In this document: positions 40,173-41,770 of the stretch, in pieces
Position numbering within the stretch: the stretch's first letter is position 1
Layout of the letters: each line of letters starts with the position of its first letter
Source: an archaeon
Lineage (GTDB): Archaea; Halobacteriota; Syntropharchaeia; Alkanophagales; Methanospirareceae
DNA length: 41,770 nucleotides
Direction of reading: 5' to 3'
Assembly (NCBI GenBank): GCA_030019325.1
Contig: JASEFB010000001.1
Span: 1-41,770, forward strand
Translations under genes and position numbers: made by a program
Notes under the pieces: generated by a model
The model's database searches: none
The model's input: the letters and a program-made list of their open reading frames with translations, nothing else
Told to the model about the DNA's origin: nothing

Positions 40173-41770
40173 ATGGCAATAGACGTTAATTATGTGTTGG
40201 AGCAATTATCTACCAGACAGATGGAATCTGGTGGATATTATGGAACCGATGTCACAAAACTGTCCAAAGAACTGGGTGTTACGCCACGAGGACTTAGAAA
40301 GCAAATATCGGAGTGGAAGAAAAGCATAAAAGAATTTCGTGATCTGAGATATTTAGGAAAACGCCCTCCTTCCGTGACACTCAATGAATTCATCGAAATC
40401 GAAGCCCGTATGCATTCAAACCCAATAGAAGTAAAGAGCCGTGTTCTTGAAGATATCCGGGCCGATCGCCTTAGTAAGGGATTGCAAAACCTGCCATCAT
40501 CCACTTTCTATCGAGCGATGAAACAAACAGACCTGTATCAGTTCTTATCTGAGGCAAAATACTCCTGGTTCAAGGTGAGAGGAATTGAGATTCCGAATGA
40601 TTATTCTGTATATGACGAAAGAAACACGCTTTCGACCTTATTTACATTCTCAAATCTGAAAGCATACGGTGGAGCTGATTTACAGGAGATATTCAATCGC
40701 CTTACGAACACCAAGCGTTATATTGAAAAGTATGGCATAAGACCCGCTGAATTCTATCCCTGGATCCTAATCAGAGGGAGTTATCTGAGAAGTCTCCTAT
40801 CTTCTATCCCACCGCACCAGCAAGAGGAAATCCAAGCAAGGATAATTTTTGAAACGCAGTTGGCGTATGTAGTCGAGTGCACTGACTTGTTTGTAAATGA
40901 GATCATCCACAGAAAAGGGAGAATCCAGCAATCGATGAATGCACGCAGACAGAAAGTAGAAAACCAGATGAGAAAAGAGGAATTGGAATCCATCAGAAAT
41001 AAAAACAGGGATATGATCATTGCTCATAAACCAGATATGGATACCATTCACAAGATCGCATATCCAGAAATCGATGAAAAAATCAGGGCTCGATTTGAAC
41101 TTCTAAGAGCAAACAAAAACACTTACGAATTTATCATTGAGTTGTTACAGGAATTCACGAAAGATGGATTGAATGAATTCCACTTCCATCTCGATGAGGG
41201 GAAGAGATTTTTCGATTTAGCCTGTGGAAAAACGGATTGGAAGTGTGGGGCTCCGCCCCACGACCCCGCAAGCCCTGTAAGGGCTTATTGGTCGGATAAA
41301 GACAAACGAGCCATGGTGAGGAATCCTGATATCATCAGGGCGATTGATCTTGGGAACGAAGATGTTGCACGGATAATAGCTATCGACAGAATAATAGAAT
41401 ATATAAAACAGGGGAAGATAACCATCACGGGCAGTTATAATTTCCAGGATCTGGGAAAGAGAATCAAAGAAGTCCAACTTTGTGAAAATGAAGGTTTTCT
41501 CACGGACAAAATCGTTGAACAATTGATTCGTGGCGAGTTCTCGGTGAATTTCTGGTCGCTGCTTGAGGTTACGAAATATTCCAAAATGGATGAAAAAGAC
41601 GAAGATAGCATTCCTCGCTCGTGGAACAACCTATCGGAAGTCCTTCGTTGCGTATCTAAATATGTCCGTGAAAATACACTGGGATGGTTTGATGAGCACG
41701 TAAATCTCTTCAGGGAACAGACAGATGGGATGTTCTCTATCGAATATACCGAAGAGGAATTCGCTGAGAG
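40173..41770 (+). CDS. Large hypothetical protein with N-terminal HTH-like segments, partial (runs off the right edge)
   Basis: Not in the ORF track because it is open to the edge. I checked every codon from the ATG at 40173 to 41770 and found no stop (532+ codons). The N-terminus TDVTKLSKELGVTPRGLRKQISEWKK and GKRPPSVTLNEFIEIEARM... resemble transposase/integrase-type HTH modules. No catalytic motif recognised. The minus-strand track ORFs here are shadows. Confidence 0.6.
   Translation, partial: MAIDVNYVLEQLSTRQMESGGYYGTDVTKLSKELGVTPRGLRKQISEWKKSIKEFRDLRYLGKRPPSVTLNEFIEIEARMHSNPIEVKSRVLEDIRADRLSKGLQNLPSSTFYRAMKQTDLYQFLSEAKYSWFKVRGIEIPNDYSVYDERNTLSTLFTFSNLKAYGGADLQEIFNRLTNTKRYIEKYGIRPAEFYPWILIRGSYLRSLLSSIPPHQQEEIQARIIFETQLAYVVECTDLFVNEIIHRKGRIQQSMNARRQKVENQMRKEELESIRNKNRDMIIAHKPDMDTIHKIAYPEIDEKIRARFELLRANKNTYEFIIELLQEFTKDGLNEFHFHLDEGKRFFDLACGKTDWKCGAPPHDPASPVRAYWSDKDKRAMVRNPDIIRAIDLGNEDVARIIAIDRIIEYIKQGKITITGSYNFQDLGKRIKEVQLCENEGFLTDKIVEQLIRGEFSVNFWSLLEVTKYSKMDEKDEDSIPRSWNNLSEVLRCVSKYVRENTLGWFDEHVNLFREQTDGMFSIEYTEEEFAE
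41244..41287. repeat. Short copy of the GC-rich hairpin repeat, embedded in-frame in the 40173+ ORF
   Basis: TGTGGGGCTCCGCCCCACGACCCCGCAAGCCCTGTAAGGGCTTA shares its two ends with 2447-2463 and 2549-2568. It is translated as CGAPPHDPASPVRA with no stop. Confidence 0.8.

Overview
This looks like an archaeal chromosomal segment, probably from a methanogen or ANME relative of the Methanosarcinales. That guess rests on gene content only: ftr, cupin-type PGI, an MJ0619/Tes-like radical SAM gene, CooT and PaREP1. About a third of the window is housekeeping: two Kef-type antiporter loci with RCK domains, a B3/4-domain protein, CooT, Ftr, tRNA-Asn, an Lrp-type RAM protein, a Gate-domain membrane protein, a SplB-like radical SAM protein, HtrA, a methyltransferase and a cupin PGI. 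The rest is accessory. (1) A very AT-rich, tightly packed five-gene operon (4775-8203) lies between an IS200/IS605 TnpA relic and tRNA-Asn. Its last gene ends in a NucS/RecB-like PD-(D/E)xK nuclease domain, and I recognise none of the other four proteins. (2) Regions 15.2-28.5 kb and 36.8-40.1 kb are dense with toxin-antitoxin and defence genes, many decayed. They hold MntA/HepT pairs, VapBC pairs, a RelE module, PaREP1, Fic, an AlbA_2/HATPase_c_4 protein, a truncated PLD-SNF2 helicase, relics of a DUF1156 methylase and other methylases, and an IS630 element. (3) A translationally coupled pair on the minus strand (31912-36058) encodes a PRTase-like 636-aa protein and a PfkB kinase fused to a double SIS domain. 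It is flanked by HAD phosphatase and radical SAM genes, and I cannot assign it to a described system. A recurrent pattern stands out. Cassettes sit between degenerate direct copies of the 5' end (promoter plus about 50-60 codons) of a target gene, at four loci: the helicase, a secreted beta-helix protein, the HAD gene and a radical-SAM-like fragment. The displaced 5' stubs act as short leader ORFs abutting the inserted gene. Other oddities are a perfect (AAAC)19 microsatellite between an SD-like sequence and an antitoxin start codon, two clean in-frame deletions of HEPN toxins, and a GC-rich hairpin repeat that also occurs in-frame inside a long ORF. All function calls come from motif recognition by eye; no searches were run.
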